Source: Octopus vulgaris
Taxonomy: Eukaryota
Direction: 5' to 3'
Length of the DNA: 64,000 nucleotides
Assembly (NCBI GenBank): GCA_951406725.2
Contig: OX597833.1
Coordinates: 44,020,001 to 44,084,000, forward strand
Made by a program: the position numbers and the translations under genes. Of the stretch, positions 1 to 12,285 are shown in pieces. The notes beneath the pieces are model-generated. The model worked only from the letters and a program-made list of their open reading frames with translations. It was not told where the DNA came from and made no database searches. Position 1 is the first letter of the stretch. Every line of letters begins with the position of its first letter.

Positions 1-53
1 TGTTGCTGCAAATTTCAAAATCTTAGTAATAATATTTGCATCATATAATTTAT
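1..53 (-). CDS. IgSF receptor gene A: membrane-anchor exon, partial (DKLYDANIITKILKFAAT…; continues off the window)
   Basis: Strong acceptor tttttttttctttctattacag| at 54-55. Only the phase-1 frame is open. Homologous to 26181-26298. Confidence 0.6.
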
Positions 54-1616
54 CTGTAATAGAAAGAAAAAAAAAGCACATTTCATTTTAATTTTGGTAC
101 AAGACCAAAAACTTTGTTGAAGGTGGACATCGATTACATCAACTCCAGTATTCAATTGGTGCCTAATTCATTGACTCTGAAAGAATGAAAAGTAAAGTCA
201 ACTTCGGTGGCATTTTAACCCAGAAAGCCGGACAAAATGCCACCAAGCATTTTTTACGGCGTGCTCATGAATCTACCAGCTTGCAGCCTCAGAAACAGTA
301 ATCAGGGATATTGGAGATTTACATAAACACACGTAAACAATAAATAATGGGAAGAAAATCAAAACAACAAAATTCCCAATTAAAATGGAAACGTTACCCA
401 AAGGTAACCAAGTAACCTCACAGTAAACAAGTAATCCTTAGTCACCCTGTTACCAGGAATACTGTTGTGTTTCTCTCTCCTCCATGCTTCTGTAACTACA
501 TGGGCACGCTTAGGTTACGACAATTCACTCGAGATATTCTTGTTATATTCATCCACAGTGTAACAGTTTTACTGGGAGAAAGGACCTTGCTCTCCACGCT
601 CACTTTCCTTTTAAACATGAAAAGTCAATGAAGGTTTGGTCTCTTTCTCATTAATCGCATCATCTTTCACCATAAGCATCTAACAGAGGAAATCTGCCTA
701 CCCTTCAAAATCAAAGGAAAGCAAGGAAGCAATCTTCACTTTGGAGTCGACCTATAACCAGATCCTTCCGAGAAGTGATTGCAGATGGTAGACGTAACTC
801 CAGAAATCAACGAGGCTCAAGCACTATACTAATACGTGTAGAAAATCTTCATCATGCAATGTGCATCAAGTGCAAGAGCAGCTGAGGGGAATATCATGCC
901 GGTACATTTTTTTCCGCCGAGGTCGGCTTTGCCTTTCATCCTTTCGGAGGTCGATTAAATAAGTACCAGTTACGCACTGGGGTCAGTATAATCGACTTAA
1001 TCCGTTTGTCTGTCCTTGTTTGTCCTCTCTGTGTTTAGCCCCTTGTGGGCAGTAACGAAATGGGTACATTTTATTACGAATCGGCAATGTTATTCTGTAG
1101 CACTGCCAGGCAAGGGATTTTTGTAAATTATCAATGGAACCCGGCTTAAAACTTCTTCGAAAACGACTAGGCAGTTGGCATTCATTGACACTCAGAGATT
1201 CCTAGAGGATGTTATCACTTTTACTCACCACCAATTGTGAGTAGATGATCTCGGTGCAACGTCCACTAAGACCAATACCCTGCTGACAGAGGTGTGAGCG
1301 CCTGATGTCACACTAGGTGTCAGGTACCCTGCATAGGTCTATGCTTGACCCAAGAATGTCGAGTATATATTTGTGTGTGCGTGGTATCTGTGTGTATGTA
1401 TGTGTGTGTGAGTGTGTGTAGCGTGTGCATGTATGTATGTATAGACGTGTATATTAGTGTTTGTTCCCCACCATCACTGGAAAACCAGTGTTGGTTTGTT
1501 TACGTGCCCACAACGTATCAGTTCGGGAATAAGTACGACAAAGGCTATTAGAAAATAGCCAAGCATGGCCACCATCCAGTAACTGAAAGAAGCAAAAGTT
1601 AGAAGATAAAAGATAC

Positions 1617-1649
1617 CTGCATTGTCTCTGATTGCTTTCTGCTCAGTAC
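1617..1649 (-). CDS. IgSF receptor gene A: 33-nt stalk mini-exon (GTEQKAIRDNA)
   Basis: tttttatttctag|GTACT…AATGCAG|gtatct. Length divisible by 3, phase 1-1, and both splice dinucleotides conserved in copy B. Confidence 0.6.
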
Positions 1650-1961
1650 CTAGAAATAAAAATTTTAAAATTATAAACAAAATAATATATAGAAACATAA
1701 TATTTAAGTTGTTATCTTAGTTTTCAATGCAGTTTTGTTTTTCAAATTGGAAATGAAATCAAAATGTTTATCATTCAAAATGTGACCGCGTGTGTACCGT
1801 TGGCGATTTTTTTCCTCCGTCTTCCCTTCTCTGGATCTTTCCTTCTATGTTTCTGACATTAAACCCTCCTTCTTCCATTCCTTCCTGAGCGTCCAATAAT
1901 GCCATATTTGTTCTACGTCCTCGCGTTGTTGTGTTTTCTCTTTGTGTTTTCATGTTTGGAT

Positions 1962-2031
<70 letters not shown>

Positions 2032-3319
2032 ACCAGATCTACAATCGAAAAGTATGATCAAATTTGGATCCTGAACTGAAATTCATTCATTCTTTCTCCT
2101 TTTGTTTAATAAATCTTTTATAGCGGTATTGAAATTTTTTCTTTATAGTATGTGTTCTTGTTTATTTCTATGTTGACTTGCCACGCTCTATATTTTTCTA
2201 CTGCAAGCTCCTCATCTCTGAAATATGAACTAGTACCTATTGTATGTCATTCAGATAAACTGAAGCATTCTCGTGAAGTATTCTCTTTATGTCAAATTGC
2301 TGGAACCAGTCGAAATCTGTTGCTTATCTTAAGATCATTCCTGATAACTTTGACCTATGATCGAAGATTTTCCCTCCGTAACCACCCTGTCTTTTACTTT
2401 AGACATCGTTTGAATTATATTAACGAGAGTTATTCATACTTTTTAAATGAAAAGATATAATTAGAGAGATTATGTTAGTGTTTTTGACTTTTTACTTTTA
2501 TAGCTAAGTCTTCATAGTCGAATGAAACTTTCTTTTACTAGGACGATAGAATAGGCATCAGGGAGATTTAACTGCTATTTAACGCATAGAAATTCCTTCA
2601 GGATGCAGACATGTAGTTCTCTTTTCTCTTGCTGTCTAAACTCAGCAGTATTCTGTTCCAAGGAAGATGTGTTTAATTTTTTTCGTTTGTTCTATGTCTC
2701 CTTGTGGGGACATAGAACAAACGAAACAAAGTAAAAAAAATCGCAAAAATATATGTTACTAACTTAAGATGACCCGCTCTATGCGTGGGTGAGGGTGTGG
2801 TTGTTACTTTCTGTTGCTTCCCTTCTGTTTCTTTTCACCACATTCTCCCTCTTTGTTTCTCTCTCACTTTCCCACTCTCTTACTCTTCCTTTCTCTCGGA
2901 CTCTCCCTCGCTTTCTCTCACTCTCTATCTTTCTTTATCTATCTCTCTCCCATTTATAAAAAACAAAAGATCTTGAGGAAGTTGAGAAAGGAAATATTTT
3001 GAAAGATCAATCATAAATATCAGGCAGTGAAAACGGAAAGCACACTTGCGTTTTGTACGTGTCACTATTTGAGCGATTAAAAATAAGGAAAAAAGGATTT
3101 CTTTGTTAAATTTAGTACTTATTTTGTGAAGTTTTCGACGATTGACCATGCAAATGAAAGCTCTAAACTGTAAACAATAAGAGCAAAAATACGAAATAAT
3201 GAGAAATTTTTTTTCAACTTCAGAAATATTACCTTAATTTTCAAACTTTGAACCCATTTCCACGCTTAAATTACAAATCCGCTTACACTTTACTATGTTG
3301 AAAATTTGATTGAAATCGG

Positions 3320-3970
3320 GCCATTATTACATCATCTATCGTTATCATTTCTGGCATTTTCTCAATAGTTTTCTTTGGAGCCTGAATGACCGTGTTTAAG
3401 GTTTGGCCTTCGCAATGCCTACATTCCGTCGTTGTGGCCTGGAGAACCGCTATCTCTTTCTCATTTCCATGTAGGACAGTGGCTGCTATCCAGATCACGT
3501 CAACTTTTGTTCTCTCTTATCCGTTCCCCGTTCAGTTTCTCTATTGTACTCCACGAAATCTCTGACGACGACGATTGCTCCGACGGTTCCGACGAGGACA
3601 GCTCTGAGTAGCTGATATCTTCCTCTTCTGACATCTTTTCTTTTTATTCAGTCTACCTTCTTCTATGAGGAAGGAAAGCACAAATAAACTGCCGCAAGAC
3701 AGCACAAACTTAAGTGTTCAAGGAACACTACAACAATTAAACAACAATATAACGCCAGCAAATGATACAACTTTAACTCACCAAATTTTTCTCTACTACT
3801 GACTGACCTTGTTTCTCTATTGCCTACAAGGGCATACAGAGAGGGGACGAACAAGGACAGACTACAATGCACAAGTTGGACAAACAACATAAGCGGATGA
3901 ATGAAATGAAATTATATAAAAATGGTGTAATGGCTACTACTCGACCTCACTTCCGTGTAGTACCATTTTA
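3320..3970 (-). mobile_element. Tx1/L1-type ORF1 (gag-like) relic; fuller copy at 29450-30508
   Basis: Copy B translates …VEVRFKEAEK…RRALKVSVEGIPPEVDVVWIAA…, homologous to the 5631-6910 ORF1. Copy A has a ~400-bp deletion at ~3506. Confidence 0.6.
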
Positions 3971-4309
3971 ACTATATTTACACTATTTTTAATCCAACGT
4001 TTATCCGAATAATTATCTTAGCAAATTGAAAGCGGTTTCAGTTTTTCGAAATCCAACACAGGAGGCAGAGGATCGTATCTTATTTCTACCCCTAATGGGT
4101 TTACTTCGTCCCCAGGTGTACCATTAAAAGTTTGCTTTTAATTTTTAATAGTTTTTCTTGTCAATTAAAATTCACCCCATACCTGGGTCTCTCATGTTTT
4201 CTTCTTCTATAACTTTTATCAAGATGTAATCTTTCAATCTCTTTATTCGCGTGGTCTAACGCCATAAACAGCACATTCTGTTTGGCCTAAAAACAGGTGT
4301 TAATGAGTT

Positions 4310-5630
4310 TCCTGGCAAGGGTGGGGTGCTGGTCCATTTCTACCAGTCCAAAGCTTTCGACAAGGTTGAACATCAGTATCCGGTGTTGGTCCTCACAGCA
4401 TTCGGGGTCGGCCCCGTCTTTAGAGGGTGGATCATTCGTGGCTGATCAATTTAGAGGGGCTACTCGTCCGTTTTTTTGTGGAGTAGAAGTCCTCTTGTAA
4501 AGCGCTCTGCCTGCTGCCAGCACCCGCTAAATGGTGGGCAAGGGATGTCTTGGCTGTTGATGCGCAGACGTGCGCTGATGCTGAGGTATCTGTGTCTCTA
4601 CCTGGATAGTGAACAGGTGTGGTCTCCGTTCGGTCGGTTGTTAGTTACTAAGCTTACTAGTTTGGGTGAACTAGGACCTTGGGTCAAGTGTAGACGAAAG
4701 TTGAGTGTTTGGCAAGCGAAGTGTTGTGAGGCACTCAAGCTTCTCTGTCACATGGACAACGCCAGCGGAGGGGGTTCCACCTCGTATTTTTATAGAGGGT
4801 TGGTATAGGTTCAGTGTGACGACGATGTGGGGGAAGACTCTAGGCTTCGATGATGGTCAACTAGCCTGTCTGTTCCAAAGGACATTTGGGCCAGGACCCT
4901 TGGATAACTTCCAAAGATTCTCCGCCTGGCAGTGTTACTGAGGAGCCTTACCATTTCGCGATAAACTCGCAAAGCATGGTGAACCTTGCGCACCCGCGAA
5001 CAGGACAGGACAGGACAGGGAAACTGTTTTGCACACGATTGTACAATGACCCAAAATTTCCGAAATGTGGGTTTACCTTGAACACCCGCTGACGCGGCTG
5101 GGAAGAGTACAACTGTCTTTCGAGTCGATTCTATAGATTGTTCCTGCTTCCTCTTTTAACAAAGACAGCATGGCTCGTTTTCTCATTGTGGTCGCTATAC
5201 CGAAAGAAGTAGTATGGAAGACCCACGTGAAAAGAATCGTGAGAGGCATCTTCATCTCCAGCCTTGGACTGGTTAATTTCCTCATCTACCATCTTAAGAG
5301 AAAAATAAGGGTGGAGATAAAATGCCTGTCACCTGATTTATACGGAAAACGATGGAAGGCTGTAGCGAGTTTGTTGAGAATGAAGAATCCGCATAGTATA
5401 TCCATAAGGTTATACAAAACGGTTACAATGGTGGCATGGGGCTTGCGGGGTCGAAGCGAAACCCGTCCTCCACTTCATTGTATGGTTATTGTTTGGTATC
5501 ATCCTATTTATAAAAATTCTTAACGTAAATTTTTAACTATTCATCTTTTGTAAAATCATTAGTTTTATCCACTCCTCCCTCATTTGTATCGTCCCCTCTA
5601 TGTTTAACCCCTGTGGGCAATAAAGAAATA
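4310..5630 (+). mobile_element. Tx1/L1-clade LINE, 5'-truncated ORF2 relic with 3' tail (internal RT deletion in this copy)
   Basis: QSKAFDKVEH motif, with the C-terminal ORF2 region in broken frames. Ends gtcccctctatgtttaacccctgtgggcaataaagaaata. Confidence 0.8.
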
Positions 5631-6910
5631 GTCGTTCTTGTTCTTTGACTTGCTGTTGGTGACTGCAGGGGAATGGTGCGACAGCGTTGGACAGGGTGGG
5701 TGTAGGGTAGGAATTCACATTTTCACCTCGATTTCTTCTTTTCTCTCTCTTCCGTTTCTTTGGTGCCGTATTCCATCCATGTTTCTCTTCTGTCACCTGA
5801 TTATCTGCCTCCTTCTCCGGTTCTTTTTTGCTCACACATGACATCGCAAGCGCTGGAGGTGCGCTTTCTTTCGTTGGTTCCTTTGCGGCAGGTGGAGTGT
5901 ATCCTGTTTTATGTGCCTGTTTGACAGCATTTAAAGGAACAGTGAGTCCTGCTCTCCACTAAGACTCTCAGCTTTACATCCTCTCCAAATGTGATGGTTT
6001 CTACCATCTTCTCTGAATCTCCCATGGCGGCCTGGATTATCATTTCTAGTGCCAATTTCTTTGTGGTATACTTTTGGCCTGGAAGCTCACAAACTTATCT
6101 GCCATTTCCAACGGGATGGCGGCCACCATCCAGGCTACACCCACCTAAGGAGGGATCTCTTCTACCCTTACCCCAGAAGCACGCCTTCCCAGGTAAATGG
6201 TTAGAAAGACCACTTCACCCGTTTTGAAGGGAGTCACGCCATGCAACCTGGCCCAAGACTTCGACGCAAAAAGCACCTCTCCCGTTGTCTATCTTCTGCT
6301 TCTGGCAAAGTAATTCACTTCCTTCAATTCCTCTATGCCTTTTCAACCTGTGTTGTTGTTGCGACCTCTGTTCGCTGTAATTATAAACCGTAAGTTCTGC
6401 ACAGTACGGTTCTTCTTTTAACTCCTTCCGTTATCTCACTGGAAATGGACACCTTTACATCGTTCCCCTTAATTTCAAAGATTTCCTTGAATTGATTCAA
6501 TTCTTCCAAGCATACGTCCTCACTTTTATCTTTCACCGCCTGGAGTTCTTGGCCTCCATCGCCTCGTCAATCTTTTTCAAACTTCTAACAAGTTCGCCCT
6601 CGGACGACAAGTCTGAGGAGCTAACCTTTTCAGTTCTCGCTCCATTACCGTGCCTCCCCTTTCAAACAAGGAGGAAAGCGTCAACAAAGCCGCCTGAGGC
6701 AGCAAAATGATGTGCCGACGGACACAAAACAGTCAAACACAGTGAAAAACAATTCAACTCACAGAAAAATTCAAGATTTTAACCAGCCTGCAAATGAAAT
6801 AACAACTCTGCTACTACTGACTGACCAAACAACAAATGATTGCTGACTTTATAGTGGCTGAGTCATACCACTTTGCCACGTGGTAAGGGGTGTACCATTT
6901 CTCTACTACT
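5631..6910 (-). mobile_element. Tx1/L1-type ORF1 relic with degenerate CCHC knuckle and TATA-containing 5' end; copy B at 32616-33909
   Basis: Minus strand …YLGRRASGVRVEEIPP*VGVAW…RVLVESRTHCSFKCCQTGHIK… (ORF1 zinc knuckle context). The 5' end carries TGACTCA and CTATAAAA. Confidence 0.65.
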
Positions 6911-7356
6911 GTGTGTATAGTGTGTGCGTGCGTGTATGCATGTGTGTGTGCGTGTGCGTGCGTTCCTGTGTGCATACGTGTGTACGTGCGTGCGTGCATG
7001 TGTATGCATGTATTTATAAAGAGAAAGTCCGCTTTTCCGTGCTCTACGGACCTTTTCACTACAATTTCCGCCATAAGGAGGACTTTATGCAAACCATGTC
7101 ATATAGAGTGCATTTAAAGGATGCAGCTTCTTATATCAACTAAATGTCTCTATAATCTTAAAAAAGAAACTATATAAATTTGGTTAATCGTAATGATATA
7201 CCTGTCAAGGATAAATATAATTGTCAATATAACCGTGAGTGGATGTACAAATTTACTGGAAGGTGTAATTTAACCAGAAGTATTGTTTCAGGAGACGTTA
7301 AGGAACAAGAATATATAAAGACGTTAAGGAAGATAACACAAAGAAAATTTGTTTAC

Positions 7357-7662
7357 CTGTTTTGCTGGTGAGCTGTAGAGTGCGTGATTCACTGTATACA
7401 GAACATGAGACGCTTGAGTTACCAATGTCCCCCTCTCTTATAACGATTTTATAAAGTGACACTGCTGGAGATAAACACTTTCCATGCGGTCGAACATCCA
7501 CTTGACTCACATTTATCCATTTGTGGTGTTTTGTCTCATGACTCCATAAAAAGTCAGTAGCGCCAAAAGGTGCCCCGATGTATGCTGAACATCTGAAGAT
7601 CGCTAACTTGTTTACTTCAGCGGGCGGGTTAAGAAATTCAAGTTTCTTCATGAAAGATCTCA
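7357..7662 (-). CDS. IgSF receptor gene A: Ig domain 2 exon (C2/I-like, 306 nt, phase 1-1)
   Basis: Acceptor ttttttcttttcag| and donor G|gtaaac. Open frame RSFMKKLEFLNPPAEVNKLAIFRCSAYIGAPFGATDFLW…GKCLSPAVSLYKIV…GNSSVSCSVY. B-strand Cys, Trp 16 residues later, F-strand Cys. Confidence 0.88.
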
Positions 7663-7689
7663 CTGAAAAGAAAAAAACAAAAACGAATA

Positions 7690-7868
7690 GGCCCAGGAGT
7701 GGCTGTGTAGTAAGTAGCTTGCTAACCAATCACATGGTTCGGGGTTCAGTCCCAGTGCGTGGCATCTTGGGCAAGTGTCTTCTGCTACATTCCCGGGCCG
7801 ACCAATGCCTTGTGAGTGGATTTGGTAGATGGAAACTGAAAGAATCCTGTCGTATATATGTATATATA

Positions 7869-7916
<48 letters not shown>

Positions 7917-8115
7917 TCCCCCTAGCATTGCTTGACAACCGATGCTGGTGTGTTTACATTCCCGTCACTTAGCGGTTCGGCAAAAGATACCGATAGAATA
8001 AGTACTGGGCTTACAAAGAATAAGGCCCGGTGTCGATTTGCTCGACTAAAGGCGGTGCTCCAGCATGGCCGCAGTCAAATGACTGAAACAAATAAAAGAG
8101 TAAAAAGAGTAAAGA
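7690..8115 (+). mobile_element. Octopus-type tRNA-derived SINE, family B (also 34700-35147; tails at 8530-8678 and 35561-35708; split copy 12139-13770; 39560-39922; minus-strand tail 56462-56680)
   Basis: A-box TGGCTGTGTAG, B-box GGTTCAGTCCC, cttgggcaag core, internal (TA)/(TG)n, and tail gcggtgctccagcatggccgcagtcaaatgactgaaac…(aaaagagt)n. Confidence 0.9.
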
Positions 8116-8689
8116 GAATCGAAATATGTTTATCTTCGAACAAAGGGCCTCACAATAAAAGAGTAGTTTCACTAATGTAAACTACAATCTTCATACTAAA
8201 CTAAAACATTTGACAACACTCCAATTATTGTTAATCCTGGGCTTTGGGAAATGTTGCTTGGAAGTGGTTAACTGTGTAAGCAGTGCTAAGGCTGTGTGGA
8301 GCCAAGTCACTAGCAATAACTGCACAACAGATGAATGACACATTCATACACGTGTATATTTACTTACACATAAGCATGTATTTGTGTGCAATTATATATA
8401 TTTTCATGTGTGCGTGTATGTATGTGTGTGTGTGCGCATGTATGAATATGTGGACACATATATAGATACATATATATTCACATACGCAAACATATTTACA
8501 TACATTTATGCATGCATATACAGACATGCACTTAGCGGTTCGGCAAAAGAGACCAATAGAATAAGTACTGGGCTTACAAAGAATAAGTCCCGGTGTTGAT
8601 TTGCTCGACTAAAGGCGGTGCTCCAGCATGGCCGCTGTCAAATGACTGAAATAAGTAAAAGAGAGAAAAGAAAGAGAGGGACTTAAGTG

Positions 8690-9047
8690 CATGCTGGACG
8701 GTACCTACACCAGAATGTTACGTGCAGTGCCCAACATTTAATGGAGGGAGCACCCAAAAAAACAAAGGTTATACGGGAATGCATCAACTTTCTCATCAAT
8801 CATCTAAGAGCGTACGTTGGGTTTTGCTGACCATTGCTGGAGAAGTAAAGAAAAACTTGTGAGTAACGAGTTGTTGTGGGCACCAAATCACGGTACCACA
8901 GCGACTGGAAGACCACGGAAGACATATATACAACAGCTTGCAGAAGATGTTGGATGCCAAGTTGAAGACCTAAAAACACTAATGGAAGATCGGGAGTGAT
9001 GGAGAGAGGTAGTCAGGCTGGCCTGGGCAATTGACCTGACTGGATGA
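8690..9047 (+). mobile_element. RTE-clade LINE 3' fragment (copy B at 35719-36075)
   Basis: MLDGTYTRMLRA…GFADHCWRS…LLWAP…GRPRKTYIQQL…MEDRE*WRE resembles the RTE ORF2 C-terminus. Confidence 0.75.
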
Positions 9048-9160
9048 AACTTGTGTTCGATAGTGCAATAGAAACACGCAATAGAAATAAAAATAAAGAC
9101 AATGGAGTTGAATACGTGCAAAACAAGAAACGGAAGTAAAAATAGAACGAGTAAACTGAC

Positions 9161-9493
9161 CTCTTACAAGTCTAGGTTTTGAAGATCCTCGATTTGTTGA
9201 ACATTTGTAGTATGTCGCATCCTCACAAGAGGGATAACGTTTCGAGCAGGTAACCACACCTTTCTTATCTGCAGGGAACGTAGGTACAGTACAGTCAAAA
9301 CCCTTTCTCCTGGTTACTACCTCAAAAATTCGTGACTTCAATTGAAGATCGATTTGAACAACAACTTCACTGTGATTTCGCACGAGAAAAAACTGAAGAA
9401 GATTTTTTATATCATACCGACATTTTATAGTTAAGAATGTTGCGTGTGCAAAATCAATATTGCTTGAAGGAAACACATCTGCAATCTCAATAA
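9161..9493 (-). CDS. IgSF receptor gene A: Ig domain 1 exon (V-like, 333 nt, phase 1-1)
   Basis: Acceptor tttttttttctatgcag| and donor G|gtcagt. Open frame IEIADVFPSSNIDFAHATFLTIKCRYD…GFDCTVP…VVTCSKRYPSCEDATYYKCSTN. B-strand Cys and D-x-x-x-Y-x-C F-strand motif, plus 3 extra Cys. Symmetric phase-1 exon typical of Ig modules. Confidence 0.88.
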
Positions 9494-9557
9494 CTGCATA
9501 GAAAAAAAAACATAAATCAGAGATAGATGTTATAAAGAAATATATAAATGTAACTAT

Positions 9558-9660
9558 AGAAGAAGAAGAAGAAGAAGAAGAAGAAGAAGAAGAAGAAGAA
9601 GAAGAAGAAGAAGAAGAAGAAGAAGAAGAAGAAGAAGAAGAAGAAGAAGAAGAAGAAGAA
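9558..9660 (+). repeat. (GAA)n trinucleotide tract in the intron just upstream of the V exon (copy B at ~36587-36683)
   Basis: About 34 GAA units, seen directly. Confidence 0.95.
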
Positions 9661-10189
9661 TGACTGAAGTAGGAAAAAGAGAACAAATAAAAATAACGGT
9701 TGTTGTGAATACGGATTACATCTATCCACAAATAAAACTTTGCAGATAGTTTTTGATATTTTGTATTATACTAACATACCTGTGTCGTCAAAATGCCGAC
9801 AGTTTTATTAATCATAGAAAATAGTTCATCAACACAATGGGAAAAACCTTTGATAGATGTCATCAATGTGGTAAATATATGCACATGCACACAATTTAAG
9901 CTCTTCAAGTATTAAATACGGTTCTAACGTCTCAGTTGAAAATAACTTGATACATAATATGTATTTACGGACACACACACGGACTTACACATACACACAC
10001 ACACAGATATATGCATATAAATATATGTATATATATATACATGCATACATTCATACATACATAATTGTATATCATATATAGAAAGAGAGAGACAAATTTA
10101 TATATATAGATATATTGGTTGTTACATCTATATATTAGTATATATGCATGCATATCTATGCATTTATTTATCGAAATCTTTCTGCCTCA

Positions 10190-10225
<36 letters not shown>

Positions 10226-10439
10226 CTCTCTCTCTAGGAGTCACTGTAAGACGCTTGCTTCCCAGCCATACAGCTGGGAAGCAAATGTCTTAAAATATTA
10301 GAATTTTTGTCATTTGCCTTTTCTGAACAGCCCTACAACATGATAGGATACTGCTCATAGAGACAAAATATAAAAAAAAATTTAATATATTCCTTTAACA
10401 TTTCCTTTCATATTAATATCAATATAATAATTATTGTTC

Positions 10440-12138
10440 AAAATTAAAATAATGGTGTGGATTCAAAATGCCGATGTCGGGCTTTATTACCCGTCAATCA
10501 ACCAGTTTCGTCTATACACTTTTTCTCTTTTGTTCTACTGCACCAGATTTTAAGTATTTTATGTCTAAATGTAGCTTATCACAAGTCAAACATGATTTTA
10601 AAAAACTAAATTTGATTTGGATTAAAACTGAATTAGTGAGACTACTTGGAAGACGCCAACTGCAACAAAAAGCTACGTTAAGAATATTATACAACTACTA
10701 CCGTAGTGTACACATAAGTTTTTATGTGTATATACAAGTTCGAAAGAACATATGATGATATATGCAAAATTTTATAGGGTCTACAAGAAACATTCATATA
10801 TGCAAAATTGTTCAAAATTATATATAACTATATATAATAATTGTTCTAATTTATTTATTCGTATTAATATAAACTTTAGTCTTAGTAAATAAGAAAGTAA
10901 CACAAATTTACTTGGTTTATCAGAGGAGAATAGCATCATAAATCAATGTTTATTATATATTGATTGAAATGGTTCTTTTTCTTAGTTTGATTTATAATAA
11001 TATATTTGTATATTATTGAAGCAATATTAATACATATTTTCGCTGGTCTCAATGGAGAAATTACCGATTCACTTATCTTTACAAGACTTTCCTATTCCAC
11101 CTAGAAAGGATTTCATGAAGGATCTGATTAATAAGACTTTTGAATTCATTCATAGAATCCGTTGGGTGGCTTTTTACCATGAAAAGGATTTTATAACAGA
11201 AAATAACCCACATAAAAAAGATACTGAACTTTTTAAAAAGAACTTTGCGACGAAGAAATTTACACCACCAAACTGCCATTTGGAGGCTTTTGAAGACGAT
11301 TTACGGAATATTGTCAAGAATATTAAATTTGTTAAATATTCCCTCTGGGAAATTGAACGTTTAAAGAAACTAAATTCTTTACTATGTGATCTTAAAAGAA
11401 AAAAATGGGATTATGGAGCAATGAAACTTATATGACTAGTATCTATTAAAATATCATGAATGAATGAAGAAAGCGATTACTAGTGATTATAAAGTAGTAA
11501 GTAAAAGGTTTTAAGGTTCATTAACTTAGAAGCGAAGAAAATTATGAATGACTAGGGCCTTGATGATAGAACAGAGACTTTTGTGTCTATGAGGCCATGG
11601 ATAACTTTAAAAGATCACAAGGAAAACAACTTTTTAAACTCTAAAGTGAGAATAATTTTCCCAGGCCGATCTGACCTGAGTACATTAAGTAAAGTTTTTC
11701 TTGATATGTGTATACTTAAGAAAAACATATAGTCAAGAAAAACATGAAACTTGAACTTTTGTCTAATACACAGGAAACTATTTATTGGTTTGCTAGACCG
11801 GATAATAAAAATAGAAGTAAATTTATACAGATATATATTAATAAATATTATTCTTCTATTAATCCTGTTTTGCTTAATAATGCTTTTTTATCTGTTAGAA
11901 AAAAAAACTGTAACATTATATTAAAGAAATTAAAGTAAGTTAGGGAGTTCAAAAATCTATTATTTTATTTGATAATAATAAGTCCTGGGCTAGAAAAAGT
12001 AACAATGATTTTTTGACATTACCATGGGATCTGCTGATTCTGATCTATACATTCTATTTTATTTTCGTAATAAATTTCCTGATATTAAAGGTGGACTGTA
12101 TAGAGATGATGTGCTCTTTTTGATTAATAGTGACACCT
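10440..12138 (+). mobile_element. Penelope-like element, RT N-terminal relic (copy B at ~37870-39558)
   Basis: MEKLPIHLSLQDFPIP…LINKTFEFIHRIRW…LEAFEDDL, then ITLKDHK and TMGSA…GGLYRDD RT motifs in broken frames. Confidence 0.8.
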
Positions 12139-12285
12139 TCAGCAAGTGTCTTCTACTATAGCTTCAGGCCGAGCAAAGCCTCGTGAGTGGATTTGGTAGA
12201 CGGAAACTGAAAGAAGCCTGTCGTATATATATGTATATATATGTCTATGTCTATGTATATATGTATATATATATCTATGTGTATA

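Noticed and set aside
1474-1698. 74-aa hydrophobic ORF resembling a membrane protein
   Set aside because: Mostly T-rich intron plus an antisense SINE tail; only the 33-nt exon at 1617-1649 is supported.
4183-4286. Apparent AG…GT exon (AKQNVLFMALDH…)
   Set aside because: Phase 0-2 is incompatible with the phase-1 gene, and it lies among LINE ORF1 relics.
9494-9731. Poly-Ser N-terminus of the 250-aa ORF 8979-9731
   Set aside because: Read-through of an intronic (TTC)n tract. Only 9161-9493 has splice sites, and the flanking frame is not conserved in copy B.
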